Counted from the first letter of the stretch, positions 8,084-17,467 are shown. The stretch is 64,000 nt of DNA from Burkholderiales bacterium (GCA_035524795.1 DATKOF010000007.1:19732-83731), one strand, 5' to 3'. The notes: a model not told the origin generated them from the letters alone. Translations and numbers: made by a program.

Positions 8084-10291
8084 TCAGCGCCTTGACGCGC
8101 GCGCGACGCCCGACACGCCGCGTATCAATACCAACAGTCTTCGCAGTTGATCAAGGTCGTTGATTTCGACCGTCAGCGTGATCCGCGCTGCCGCGTCGCG
8201 GCTTGTGCTGCGGGTCGCCACGACATTGACCCGCTCGCGCAGCAGTGATTCGGTGACATCGCGCAACAGCCCGGGGCGGTTGGCCGCTTCGATTTCGACA
8301 TCGACCGGAAACACCCTGTCTGCGCCCATATTGGCGCCCCAGTCCGCCGCGATCAGCCGTTCCGTCGCCAGCCGCGCGGCGTTGTGGCAGTTGGCGCGGT
8401 GAATCGTCACGCCGCGGCCGCGCGTGATGAAACCCACGATCGGATCGGGCGGCGCCGGTTTGCAGCATTTGGCGGGCACCGTCAGCAGCTTGTCCACGCC
8501 GACGATCAGAATGCCGCCTGGCTGCGCGCGCGACATTCTGACCGGCGGCTGCTCATCGACCGGTGCCGCGCCGTCGCCCCGGAATTCCGCAAGCAACCGG
8601 GCCGGGCCGATCCGGCCGCGTCCGACTTCGGCCAGGAAATCATCAAGCTTTTCGAAGTCGAACCGCCGCGCCAGTGCGTCCAGCCTGACATCGGTCATGC
8701 CGTGCCGCTGCAGTTCCCTTTCGAGGATCTCGCGGCCCTGCGCCGCGGCCGCCTCGTGATGCTGGCGGTTGAACCACTGCCGGATCCTGGCGCGCGCGCT
8801 GCCGCTGCGCACGAAGCCGAGCGCGGGATTGAGCCAGTCGCGGCTCGGCCCGCCCTGCCTGGCGGCAAGAATTTCGACCTGCTGGCCGTTGCTGAGCGGC
8901 GTATTGAGCGGAACAATCACACCGTCCACCTTGGCGCCGCGACAACGGTGCCCAAGGCCGCTGTGCACATGGTATGCAAAATCGATCGGCGTCGCGCCGC
9001 GCGGCAAATCGATGACTTTGCCTTGTGGCGTCAGCACGTAAATCGTGTCGGCAAACAATTCGCTTTTGAATTGCGCCGCGAATTCCCCGCTGTCGGCGAT
9101 CTCGTCCTTCCATTCGATGACCTGCCGCAGCCACGCGATCTTTTCGTGATAACCGGCATCGCCGCGCGCGCCGCCCTGCGCCCCTTCCTTGTAATGCCAG
9201 TGCGCGGCGATGCCGAGTTCGGCGTCGCGGTGCATTTCGAAAGTGCGGATCTGCACCTCGACCGGCTTGCCCTCGGGGCCGATCACCGCGGTGTGCAGCG
9301 AGCGGTAATGGTTGCTCTTCGGCTTCGCGATATAGTCGTCGAACTCTTTCGCCAGCGGCGGCCACAGGCCATGCGCAATGCCAAGCACCGCATAGCAGTC
9401 CTTGATATCGTCGACCAGCACGCGTACTGCGCGTACATCGTAGAGCGCGTCGAAATCGACACTCTTGCGCCGCATCTTGCTGTAGATGCTGTAGATATGC
9501 TTCGGCCGTCCGCTGACCTCGGCCCTGATACCGGAGCTTTCGAGCTCGTGCCGCAGCGCAAGAATGACCCGCTCGATGTAGCGTTCGCGGTCGTCGCGCG
9601 TGCCGTCGAGGCGGGACGCAATGTCCCTGTAGACATCCGGCTCCAGCACGCGCAGCGCAAAATCCTCGAGTTCCCATTTCAGTTGCCAGACACCCAGCCG
9701 GTTGGCCAGCGGCGCGAAGATATCGAGCGCAAGACGCGCCGCGTCGCGCCGGGACTGGACGTCGTCGGATCTGACGATGAAGCGCATCGTCTGCACGTGA
9801 TCGGCAAGCTTGATCAGAACGACGCGCACGTCCTCGGCCATCGCCAGCAGCATCTTGCGCAGACTCTCGAGCTGCGTCCGATGTTCGCCGCCGGTGTGCA
9901 CCGCGCGGCCGCCCAGAGCTTCGATCAGGGCCATGCGCGCCACACCGTCCGCCAGCGCGGCGATGCGCTCGCCGAACAGGCTGCGCATCGTGGCCAGCGC
10001 GTCGTGCCGGTCGGCCGACAGCGCAACCACCGGCGCCAGCAGCGCCGCGGCGGCACATTCGGCATCGAGACCGAGCCCGCGTAAAATCGCGGTGGTGCCC
10101 TCTGCGTGCACAAGCAGCGGCTCGCCGCCGGCGACCGTACGTCCGTCGAGATACGGCGATGCCCATTGGCGCGCGCGCGCGACCAGGCCGGCATTCGCCG
10201 GCGAACCATCACCCACGGACGTCGGCCAGCTTTCGGCCACGGCGTCCGCAGCCGTCGCGGTGACCAATCGGAGACGGATATTACGCACCAT
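8084..10291 (-). CDS. relA: RelA/SpoT-family (p)ppGpp synthetase (GTP pyrophosphokinase)
   Basis: 735 aa with a degenerate HD region, a RelA_SpoT synthetase core (RPKHIYSIYSKMRRK, YRSLHTAV), TGS (TPQGKVIDLPRGATPIDFAYHVHS) and a C-terminal ACT-like domain. Confidence 0.9.
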   Translation of the reverse strand: MVRNIRLRLVTATAADAVAESWPTSVGDGSPANAGLVARARQWASPYLDGRTVAGGEPLLVHAEGTTAILRGLGLDAECAAAALLAPVVALSADRHDALATMRSLFGERIAALADGVARMALIEALGGRAVHTGGEHRTQLESLRKMLLAMAEDVRVVLIKLADHVQTMRFIVRSDDVQSRRDAARLALDIFAPLANRLGVWQLKWELEDFALRVLEPDVYRDIASRLDGTRDDRERYIERVILALRHELESSGIRAEVSGRPKHIYSIYSKMRRKSVDFDALYDVRAVRVLVDDIKDCYAVLGIAHGLWPPLAKEFDDYIAKPKSNHYRSLHTAVIGPEGKPVEVQIRTFEMHRDAELGIAAHWHYKEGAQGGARGDAGYHEKIAWLRQVIEWKDEIADSGEFAAQFKSELFADTIYVLTPQGKVIDLPRGATPIDFAYHVHSGLGHRCRGAKVDGVIVPLNTPLSNGQQVEILAARQGGPSRDWLNPALGFVRSGSARARIRQWFNRQHHEAAAAQGREILERELQRHGMTDVRLDALARRFDFEKLDDFLAEVGRGRIGPARLLAEFRGDGAAPVDEQPPVRMSRAQPGGILIVGVDKLLTVPAKCCKPAPPDPIVGFITRGRGVTIHRANCHNAARLATERLIAADWGANMGADRVFPVDVEIEAANRPGLLRDVTESLLRERVNVVATRSTSRDAAARITLTVEINDLDQLRRLLVLIRGVSGVARASRR

Positions 10292-10469
10292 GATGAACTA
10301 CCATATATAAAGCGATTCCCGGGAAATGCAACCGGCCTGCCGGTTAGTCGGGATCAGGCGCAGCAAGGTTCACTACGTGCTACCGGAACAGTTTGGCAGA
10401 CCAATTGAACGCAAAATTTTCCTTATTGCACCATAATCATGCGCATCATGTCCCGAATCCTGCTTTTGG

Positions 10470-10508
10470 TGCATTCCGATGCCCGTATCGAGCGGGCATC
10501 GGAATGCA
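10470..10508. repeat. Perfect 16-bp inverted repeat (hairpin or operator candidate) in the relA / ATP-grasp divergent intergenic region
   Basis: The arms are TGCATTCCGATGCCCG (10470-10485) and CGGGCATCGGAATGCA (10493-10508), separated by the 7-nt spacer TATCGAG. Confidence 0.6.
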
Positions 10509-10619
10509 ATTTGACGCGTCATGCATCGTCCGCTTTGCCGGGCGCCGGAACGGTTGCGGCTATCGGGCACGGCCATTGCTTCATGATAGAAATAAAGATT
10601 CGGCTGGATTAACACGAAC

Positions 10620-12056
10620 ATGTTGGCCGCAGTGAGACCCGCCAGCGCCCGTTGCTACGACGAAATGTACGATGCCGCCGGCATCCCGTACGCGCATTAT
10701 GGCGCCTATGCCGAATGGCTTTCCGGCAAGCCGCGCGATTTCATGCTGCAGAAGCAAAGGGAAGCCGACACGCTTTACGCGCGGCTCGGCATCACGTTCG
10801 CGGTCTACGGCGACGAGGGCGGCGTCGAGCGCTCGATCCCGTTCGACATCATCCCGCGCATCATGCCGGCCGCGACGTGGAAAAAAATTTCCGACGGCTG
10901 CTGCCAGCGCGTGCGCGCGCTGAACGCGTTTCTCAGCGACATCTATCATCGGCAGGAAATCGTCCGGGCGGGCATCGTTCCCGAACGGCAAATCCTCGGC
11001 AACAGCCTGTTCCGCCGCGAAATGCAGGGTGTCGATGTGCCGGGCGGCGTCTACGTGCATGTCGCAGGCGTCGACATCGTGATGGTGGACGCTGAAACCT
11101 TCTACGTGCTCGAAGACAATCTGCGCACGCCGTCCGGCGTTTCATACATGCTGGAAAACCGCAGGATGATGATGCGCCTGTTCCCCGACCTGTTCGCCCG
11201 CATCGCGGTCGCGCCGGTGGATCACTATGCCGATGTCCTGCTCGACAACCTGCGCGCGGTCGCGCCGACCGGCAGCGCCGATCCGGTGGTCGTTGTGCTG
11301 ACGCCGGGTTCCTATAACTCCGCCTACTTCGAGCACGCGTTCCTCGCGCAGCAGATGGGCGTCGAACTGGTCGAGGGACAGGATCTGTTCGTTTCCGACG
11401 ATACGGTGTTCATGCGCACCACGCATGGCCCGAAACGGGTCGACGTCATCTACCGGCGCATCGATGACGATTTTCTCGATCCGCTGGCGTTCCGCCGCGA
11501 TTCGATACTCGGCGTGCCCGGCCTGTTCGCCGCCTATCGCGCCGGCCATGTGACGCTGGCCAACGCGATCGGCACCGGCGTCGCCGACGACAAGTCCACT
11601 TATACCTACGCGCCGGAAATGATCCGTTTCTATCTCGGCGAGGAACCGATCCTGCAGAACGTGCCGACCTGGCAGCTCGGCAGGCCCGATGACCTCAAAT
11701 ACGTGCTCGACCATCTGCCGGAACTTGTGGTCAAGGAAGTGCAGGGTTCCGGCGGCTACGGCATGCTGGTCGGCCCCGCCGCCGGGAAGTCTGAAATCAG
11801 GGCCTACCGCGAGCGCATCCTGGAACATTCCGCCAACTTCATCGCCCAGCCGACGCTCGCGCTTTCAACCTGCCCGACGTTCGTGCAGTCGGGAATCGCG
11901 CCGCGCCACGTCGACCTGCGTCCGTACGTGCTATCGGGAAAATCGGTGACGCTGGTGCCGGGCGCGCTGACGCGCGTTGCGCTGCGCGAAGGCTCGCTGG
12001 TCGTCAATTCGTCGCAGGGCGGCGGCACCAAGGACACCTGGATCCTCGAATCCTGA
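10620..12056 (+). CDS. Circularly permuted type-2 ATP-grasp protein (DUF404/DUF407 family)
   Basis: 478 aa. The N-terminus ...YDEMYDAAGIPYAHYGAYAEWL and the length and architecture are typical of the cpATP-grasp proteins that accompany alpha-E, transglutaminase and Anbu genes. Confidence 0.8.
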   Translation: MLAAVRPASARCYDEMYDAAGIPYAHYGAYAEWLSGKPRDFMLQKQREADTLYARLGITFAVYGDEGGVERSIPFDIIPRIMPAATWKKISDGCCQRVRALNAFLSDIYHRQEIVRAGIVPERQILGNSLFRREMQGVDVPGGVYVHVAGVDIVMVDAETFYVLEDNLRTPSGVSYMLENRRMMMRLFPDLFARIAVAPVDHYADVLLDNLRAVAPTGSADPVVVVLTPGSYNSAYFEHAFLAQQMGVELVEGQDLFVSDDTVFMRTTHGPKRVDVIYRRIDDDFLDPLAFRRDSILGVPGLFAAYRAGHVTLANAIGTGVADDKSTYTYAPEMIRFYLGEEPILQNVPTWQLGRPDDLKYVLDHLPELVVKEVQGSGGYGMLVGPAAGKSEIRAYRERILEHSANFIAQPTLALSTCPTFVQSGIAPRHVDLRPYVLSGKSVTLVPGALTRVALREGSLVVNSSQGGGTKDTWILES

Positions 12057-12061
12057 TGTCC

Positions 12062-12089
12062 CCTCAATCCTCAATCCTCGATCCCCGAT
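12062..12089. repeat. Four tandem heptamers CCTCAAT-CCTCAAT-CCTCGAT-CCCCGAT in the ATP-grasp/alpha-E spacer
   Basis: Read directly. Degenerate copies (TCCTCGA, TCCTGAT) extend upstream into the 3' end of the ATP-grasp gene. Confidence 0.7.
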
Positions 12090-12096
12090 CCTTGTC

Positions 12097-13083
12097 ATGC
12101 TGAGTCGCGCCGCCAACAACCTGTACTGGATGTCACGCCAGATCGAGCGCGCCGAGAATGCGGCGCGCATGCTCGATGTGACCTACCGCATGTCGCTGCT
12201 GCCGTACCGCGTGCTCGAGCCCGGGCAGGAATGGGCCGAACCATGGGCGCTGCCGCTCGTCATCACCGGACTGGCCAGCGCCTATTACGAGCGCTATCCG
12301 GGCCGGATCACGCCCGACAACGTGCTGCGCTTCATGGTGCTCGACCCGGCCAATTCCTCCAGCATCTGTTCGTGCATCCAGGCGGCGCGCGAAAATGCGC
12401 GCAGCATGCGCGGCGCAATCACCGAGGAAATGTACGAAGACCTCAACGATTTCTGGCTGAAGATGCGCGAGTTCGACCGCCATCGCGTCGAGGCCGACGT
12501 CGGCGGGTTTTTCGGCTGGGTCAAGATTCGCTCGCACCAGTTCCGCGGCGTCACGTTCGGCACCATGCTGCGCGACGAGAGCTACCACTTCATCCGCCTC
12601 GGCACGTTCATGGAGCGCGCCGACAACACCGCGCGCATCCTCGACGTCAAATACCATACGTTGCTGCCGAGCGTCGCCGACGTCGGCGGCGCCGTCGATT
12701 ATTACCAGTGGGGCGCATTGCTGCGCTCGGTCAGCGCCTTCGATTCCTATCGCAAAATCTATCACGACGTGATCACGCCGATGCGGGTCGCCGAACTGCT
12801 GATCCTGCGTGCCGACGTGCCACGCTCACTGCACGCCTGCATGAACGAAATCTACGAAATCCTGCAGGAGCTGTGCGATGACACCCAGCGCGAGGCCGAA
12901 CGGCTGGCCGGCGAACTGCACGCGAAACTGCACTACGGACAGACGCAGCAGATCATTCAGATCGGACTCCACGAATATCTGACCGGTTTTCTCGACGGCA
13001 CCAGCCGGTTGACCGATGAAATCGACAAAACCTTCCTGGTTCCGGTCTATCCGTCCCATCTGGCACAGACCGTCGCCGCATGA
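12097..13083 (+). CDS. Alpha-E domain protein (DUF403 family)
   Basis: 328 aa from the ATG at 12097 (MLSRAANNLYWMSRQIERAEN..., the characteristic alpha-E N-terminus). The 40-codon upstream extension in the track overlaps the ATP-grasp gene. Confidence 0.8.
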   Translation: MLSRAANNLYWMSRQIERAENAARMLDVTYRMSLLPYRVLEPGQEWAEPWALPLVITGLASAYYERYPGRITPDNVLRFMVLDPANSSSICSCIQAARENARSMRGAITEEMYEDLNDFWLKMREFDRHRVEADVGGFFGWVKIRSHQFRGVTFGTMLRDESYHFIRLGTFMERADNTARILDVKYHTLLPSVADVGGAVDYYQWGALLRSVSAFDSYRKIYHDVITPMRVAELLILRADVPRSLHACMNEIYEILQELCDDTQREAERLAGELHAKLHYGQTQQIIQIGLHEYLTGFLDGTSRLTDEIDKTFLVPVYPSHLAQTVAA

Positions 13084-13164
13084 ACGTCCTGCCCTGCTGC
13101 AAAAAGCCGGCCGCGAACGATTAAAATAGGTGTTTTCAACAACCCCGTCCGGAGCATTGCCCGC

Positions 13165-13890
13165 ATGACGTATTGTGTCGGATTGATACTCGATGCAGGA
13201 ATGGTATTCGCGTCGGATTCGCGCACCAACGCCGGCGTCGATCAGGTCGCTTCGTTCCGCAAGATGCGCATCTTCGCCCAGGACGGCGAGCGCGTGATCG
13301 TGATCCTGAGTTCAGGCAATCTTTCCATCACTCAGAGCGCGATCAACCTGCTGGAACATCCTGCCGGCGACGGCGTCAAGACGCTGCTGAACTGCGCCTC
13401 GATGTTCGAGACCGCCGAACTCATCGGCCACGCGCTGCGCGAAGTGCGGCAGCGCGACGGGCCGCACATGGCGCAGAACAACATCGACGCCAGCGCCTCG
13501 TTCATTGTCGGCGGCCAGATCCGCGGCGAACCGCAGCGGCTGTTCAATATCTACAACGAGGGCAACTTCATCGAAGCGACGCCGGAGACGCCGTATTTCC
13601 AGATCGGCGAGAGCAAGTACGGCAAACCGGTGCTCGACCGCGTGATCAACCGCGCAACCGGCCTGCTCGACGCGGCGAAATGCGTGCTGGTTTCATTCGA
13701 TTCGACGATGCGCAGCAACATTTCGGTCGGGCTGCCGATCGATCTGATGATCTACCGCAACAACGAGCTGCGCATCGGCATCCAGCGCCGGATCATGAAG
13801 AGCGATCCCTACTTCGACATGATCCACACCCAGTGGGGCGAGGGACTGAAGCGCGTGTTCGCACAGCTGCCCAACCCGCAATGGGACTGA
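13165..13890 (+). CDS. Anbu-type proteasome-like Ntn hydrolase (peptidase T1 family, COG3484-like)
   Basis: 241 aa beginning M-T-YCVGLILDAGMVFASDSRTN. The Thr directly follows the initiator Met, as expected for an N-terminal nucleophile without a propeptide. The gene sits in the canonical Anbu gene neighbourhood. Confidence 0.8.
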   Translation: MTYCVGLILDAGMVFASDSRTNAGVDQVASFRKMRIFAQDGERVIVILSSGNLSITQSAINLLEHPAGDGVKTLLNCASMFETAELIGHALREVRQRDGPHMAQNNIDASASFIVGGQIRGEPQRLFNIYNEGNFIEATPETPYFQIGESKYGKPVLDRVINRATGLLDAAKCVLVSFDSTMRSNISVGLPIDLMIYRNNELRIGIQRRIMKSDPYFDMIHTQWGEGLKRVFAQLPNPQWD

Positions 13891-13909
13891 ACCGTCCGGG
13901 CCGCCGCGC

Positions 13910-16900
13910 GTGAGCATCCGCGTCGCTCTGCACCATCAGACCCGCTACCGCTACGACCGGCTGGTCGCGCTGTCGCCGCAGGAGGTCCGTCTGCGGCCGG
14001 CACCGCACTGCCGCACGCCGGTGCTCTCCTATTCGCTGACCGTCGAGCCGGAACGGCATTTCATCAACTGGCAGCAGGATGCATTCGGCAACTACATCGC
14101 GCGCTTCGTGTTCCCCGAAAAAACGCGCGAACTCGATATCACGGTCGATCTGGTCGCCGACATGACGGTGATCAATCCGTTCGACTTTTTCATCGACAGC
14201 AGCGCCGAGAAATTCCCGTTCTCGTACGATGATCGGCAGCGCGGCAACCTCGCGCCGTTTCTCGCCGTGGAGGAACCGGGGCCGCTGTTCGCGCGCTGGC
14301 TGGCCGACTTCCGCGCCGCGCATAGCGGCGCGATCAACACGGTGGACTATCTGGTCGCGATCAACCGGCGCCTGCAGCAGGATATCCGCTATCTGGTGCG
14401 GATGGAGCCCGGCGTGCAAGGCTGTGAACAGACCCTCGCGCTCGGCAGCGGCTCGTGCCGCGACAGCGGCTGGTTGCTGGTGCAACTGCTGCGCCATTGC
14501 GGACTCGCCGCGCGCTTCGTCTCCGGCTATCTGATCCAGCTCGCCGCCGATCTCAAGCCGCTCGACGGCCCGGCCGGTCCTGAACGCGACTTCACCGATC
14601 TTCACGCCTGGGCCGAAGCCTACATTCCAGGCGCGGGCTGGATCGGGCTCGATCCGACCTCGGGGCTGCTCGCCGGCGAAGGCCACCTGCCGCTCGCCTG
14701 CACCGCGGCGCCCGCCGACGCGGCGCCGATCACCGGCCACACCGAACCGTGCCAGTCGCAATTCGATTTCGCGATGCAGATCACGCGCGTTCACGAAGAC
14801 CCGCGCGTGACCAGACCCTATTCCGGCGAACAGTGGCAGTCGATCGACGCGCTCGGTCGCCAGGTCGACGCCGAACTCAAGGCCAGCGACGTGCGGCTGA
14901 CACAGGGCGGCGAACCGACTTTCATTTCCGCCGACGACATGGACGGCGAGGAATGGAATTTCACCGCGCTGTCGCCGGCCAAGCGGGCGCTCGCCGAAAA
15001 TTTGCAGCGCCGTTTGCAGGCACGCTTCGCACCGGGCGGAATGCTGCATTTCGGTCAGGGCAAATGGTATCCGGGCGAAGCCGCGCCGCGCTGGGCGCTC
15101 GGCATCCACTGGCGCAAGGACGGCAAGCCAATATGGAATGATGCCGCGCTGTTCGCTGCCGGAGAAGACAGCGGCCATGGCACGACGGAAGCAAAGCGGT
15201 TGATCGAGGCGATCGCCGGCCGGCTTGGTTTGTCCGCACAATTCATAATCCCGGCCTTCGAGGATGCCTGGCAGGCGCTGGACCAGGAAAGCCGGCTGCC
15301 GCCCAATATTGACCCGCTCAACGCCGACCTCGACAACGACGTCGAGCACGCGCGGCTGGCGGCGCAGTTGCGGCAAGGGCTCAACCAACCGGCCGGCTTC
15401 GTGCTGCCGCTGCGCGCCGCAACCGCGAACGACAAATCCGGCGCGCGCTGGGAAAGCAGCCGCTGGCCGCTGCGGCGCAGGCATCTGTTCCTGCTCGCCA
15501 GCAGTCTGTCGATCGGCTACCGCCTGCCGCTCGACAGCCTGCCGGCGACCGAAGAGCGCGACGACGACCTGCCGCGCGATCCGTTCGAACCGGTCGAAGC
15601 GCTCGACGACGCCGACATCGCGCTCGCGGCTGCGCGCACCCGACGCAAACCCAAGGCCGACCCCAAGCCGCGCGAAGTGGTGCGCACCGCGCTGTGTGTG
15701 CAGGCGCGCGACGGCTGCCTTTACGTCTTTCTGCCGCCGCTTCCGCTGCTCGAAGATTACCTGGCGCTGGTGGCGACCGTCGAAACGGCTGCCGCCGATC
15801 TGCGGCTGCCGCTGCATCTCGAAGGCTACGAGCCGCCGCTTGACGCGCGCATCAGCACGCTCAAAATCACGCCCGATCCCGGCGTGATCGAGGTCAACAT
15901 CCATCCGGCGGCGGACTGGGACGGACTCGCCTCGAACATAACGGCGCTCTACGAGGAAACGCGCGCGGCCCGGCTGAGCGCCGAGAAATTCATGCTCGAC
16001 GGCCGCCACACCGGCACCGGCGGCGGCAATCACGTGACGCTCGGTGGCGCGACGCCCGCCGACAGCCCGCTGCTGCGCCGGCCCGACCTGCTCAAGAGTA
16101 TGATCACCTACTGGCAGAACCATCCCGCACTGTCCTACCTGTTTGCGGGATTATTCATCGGCCCGACCAGCCAGGCGCCGCGCATCGATGAAGCGCGCGA
16201 CGACAATCTGTACGAACTCGAAATCGCTTTCCAGCAACTGATGCAGCAGCATCTCACGGGCGAAGAATCGCCGAAACCGTGGCTGGTCGACCGCCTGCTG
16301 CGCAATCTGCTGGTCGATCTGACCGGCAACACCCACCGCACCGAATTCTGTATCGACAAGCTTTATTCGCCCGAGGGTTCGTATGGCCGGCTCGGTCTGC
16401 TGGAGTTCCGGGCATTTGAAATGCCGCCGCATCCGCGGATGAGCCTGGTGCAGATGCTGCTGCTGCGCGCGCTGACCGCGCGTTTCTGGAAAACGCCGTA
16501 TGCAGGCCGGCTGGTGCGCTGGGGCACGCAGTTGCACGACCGCTTCATGCTGCCCCATTTCGTTGTTGCCGACATGCAGGACGTGGTGCGCGACCTGCAG
16601 GCGGCGGGTTACGCGTTTGACTTCGCATGGTTTGCGCCGTTCATCGAATTCCGCTTTCCGCGCTTCGGCACGGTCGTCTATGACAATATCCGGATCGAAC
16701 TGCGGCAGGCAATCGAACCGTGGCACGTGCTCGGCGAGGAAGTCGCCTCCGGCGCCACTGCGCGCTATGTCGATTCGTCGGTCGAGCGCGTGCAGGTCAA
16801 GGTCAGCGGCATGACCGGCGCGCGCCACGTCGTCACCTGCAACCATCGCGCGCTGCCGCTGTGCGCGACCGGCGTGCCCGGCGAATTCGTCGCCGGCGTG

Positions 16901-17197
16901 CGCTACCGCGCCTGGCACCCGCCGTCGGCGCTGCATCCGACGATCGGCGTGCACACGCCGCTGGTCTTCGACATCGTTGACACCTGGAGCAACCGCTCGA
17001 TCGGCGGCTGCACCTATCACGTCGCCCATCCGGGCGGGCGCAACTACGAAACCCTGCCGGTCAACGCCAACGAGGCCGAAGCGCGGCGACTGGCGCGCTT
17101 CTGGGATCACGGTCACACGCCGGGACCGATGGCGGTCGCGCCTGAACCCGTCAATCCGGATTTCCCGCTGACGCTGGATTTGCGCTGGTCTGCGTAA
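13910..17197 (+). CDS. Large transglutaminase-family protein (N-terminal Bact_transglu_N and transglutaminase core, long DUF2126-like C-terminal region)
   Basis: 1095 aa with a GTG start. Candidate catalytic residues are visible: Cys in GSGSCRDSGW, His in DLHAWAEAY and Asp in GLDPTSG. Confidence 0.8.
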   Translation: MSIRVALHHQTRYRYDRLVALSPQEVRLRPAPHCRTPVLSYSLTVEPERHFINWQQDAFGNYIARFVFPEKTRELDITVDLVADMTVINPFDFFIDSSAEKFPFSYDDRQRGNLAPFLAVEEPGPLFARWLADFRAAHSGAINTVDYLVAINRRLQQDIRYLVRMEPGVQGCEQTLALGSGSCRDSGWLLVQLLRHCGLAARFVSGYLIQLAADLKPLDGPAGPERDFTDLHAWAEAYIPGAGWIGLDPTSGLLAGEGHLPLACTAAPADAAPITGHTEPCQSQFDFAMQITRVHEDPRVTRPYSGEQWQSIDALGRQVDAELKASDVRLTQGGEPTFISADDMDGEEWNFTALSPAKRALAENLQRRLQARFAPGGMLHFGQGKWYPGEAAPRWALGIHWRKDGKPIWNDAALFAAGEDSGHGTTEAKRLIEAIAGRLGLSAQFIIPAFEDAWQALDQESRLPPNIDPLNADLDNDVEHARLAAQLRQGLNQPAGFVLPLRAATANDKSGARWESSRWPLRRRHLFLLASSLSIGYRLPLDSLPATEERDDDLPRDPFEPVEALDDADIALAAARTRRKPKADPKPREVVRTALCVQARDGCLYVFLPPLPLLEDYLALVATVETAAADLRLPLHLEGYEPPLDARISTLKITPDPGVIEVNIHPAADWDGLASNITALYEETRAARLSAEKFMLDGRHTGTGGGNHVTLGGATPADSPLLRRPDLLKSMITYWQNHPALSYLFAGLFIGPTSQAPRIDEARDDNLYELEIAFQQLMQQHLTGEESPKPWLVDRLLRNLLVDLTGNTHRTEFCIDKLYSPEGSYGRLGLLEFRAFEMPPHPRMSLVQMLLLRALTARFWKTPYAGRLVRWGTQLHDRFMLPHFVVADMQDVVRDLQAAGYAFDFAWFAPFIEFRFPRFGTVVYDNIRIELRQAIEPWHVLGEEVASGATARYVDSSVERVQVKVSGMTGARHVVTCNHRALPLCATGVPGEFVAGVRYRAWHPPSALHPTIGVHTPLVFDIVDTWSNRSIGGCTYHVAHPGGRNYETLPVNANEAEARRLARFWDHGHTPGPMAVAPEPVNPDFPLTLDLRWSA

Positions 17198-17467
17198 AAC
17201 CGGCCGCAAGCGGACTGCACGGCCGGCCCCGGACTTAAACCATAAAATAAGGTATCGACAGCAACGCAATGATAAATATTTATTTTATGTTTCACTGAAA
17301 GGCTTCGCGACCAACAAACGGGTTCCTTGATCCAGCGCAGATGCAGCATCAAAAAATGTTGAATATGTCACGTCTGTGGAGAGATAATAAAAAAGTTACT
17401 AAGGCACTTGAAAAGATACCAAGGTAACCAAGTAACCCTGTTGGGGTGGGATGGGAGAGTGCACAGA

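Noticed and set aside
8384-10084. 566-aa ORF on the plus strand (with 8643..10166 and several others) overlapping relA
   Set aside because: It is entirely antisense to or out of frame with a well-supported relA gene. The translation is low-complexity and rich in Arg/Ala/Pro/Gly, as is typical of spurious ORFs in GC-rich DNA. No recognisable motifs are present.
10405-10417. The 13-mer TTGAACGCAAAAT is shared between the relA/ATP-grasp intergenic region (10405-10417) and the region upstream of the disrupted secreted-protein gene (21527-21539), with similar CAATT context
   Set aside because: Without a computation I cannot exclude a chance 13-mer match in 64 kb searched on both strands. The AT-rich content makes it somewhat less likely by chance here, but no second shared element or palindrome supports a common regulator site. 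It would merit a genome-wide motif count.
10373-10635. ORFs of 80-82 aa on both strands inside the relA/ATP-grasp intergenic region
   Set aside because: They have no SD and no recognisable motifs, and they overlap the inverted repeat. The region is more plausibly regulatory.
13793-16123. 776-aa minus-strand ORF opposite the transglutaminase gene
   Set aside because: It is antisense to a gene with clear catalytic motifs. Its composition is dominated by R/A/G/P, and it has no start context or family resemblance.
17198-17240. Possible terminator hairpin CCGGCCG...CGGCCGG after the transglutaminase gene
   Set aside because: It has a 13-nt loop and no downstream T-run, which is too weak to call an intrinsic terminator.
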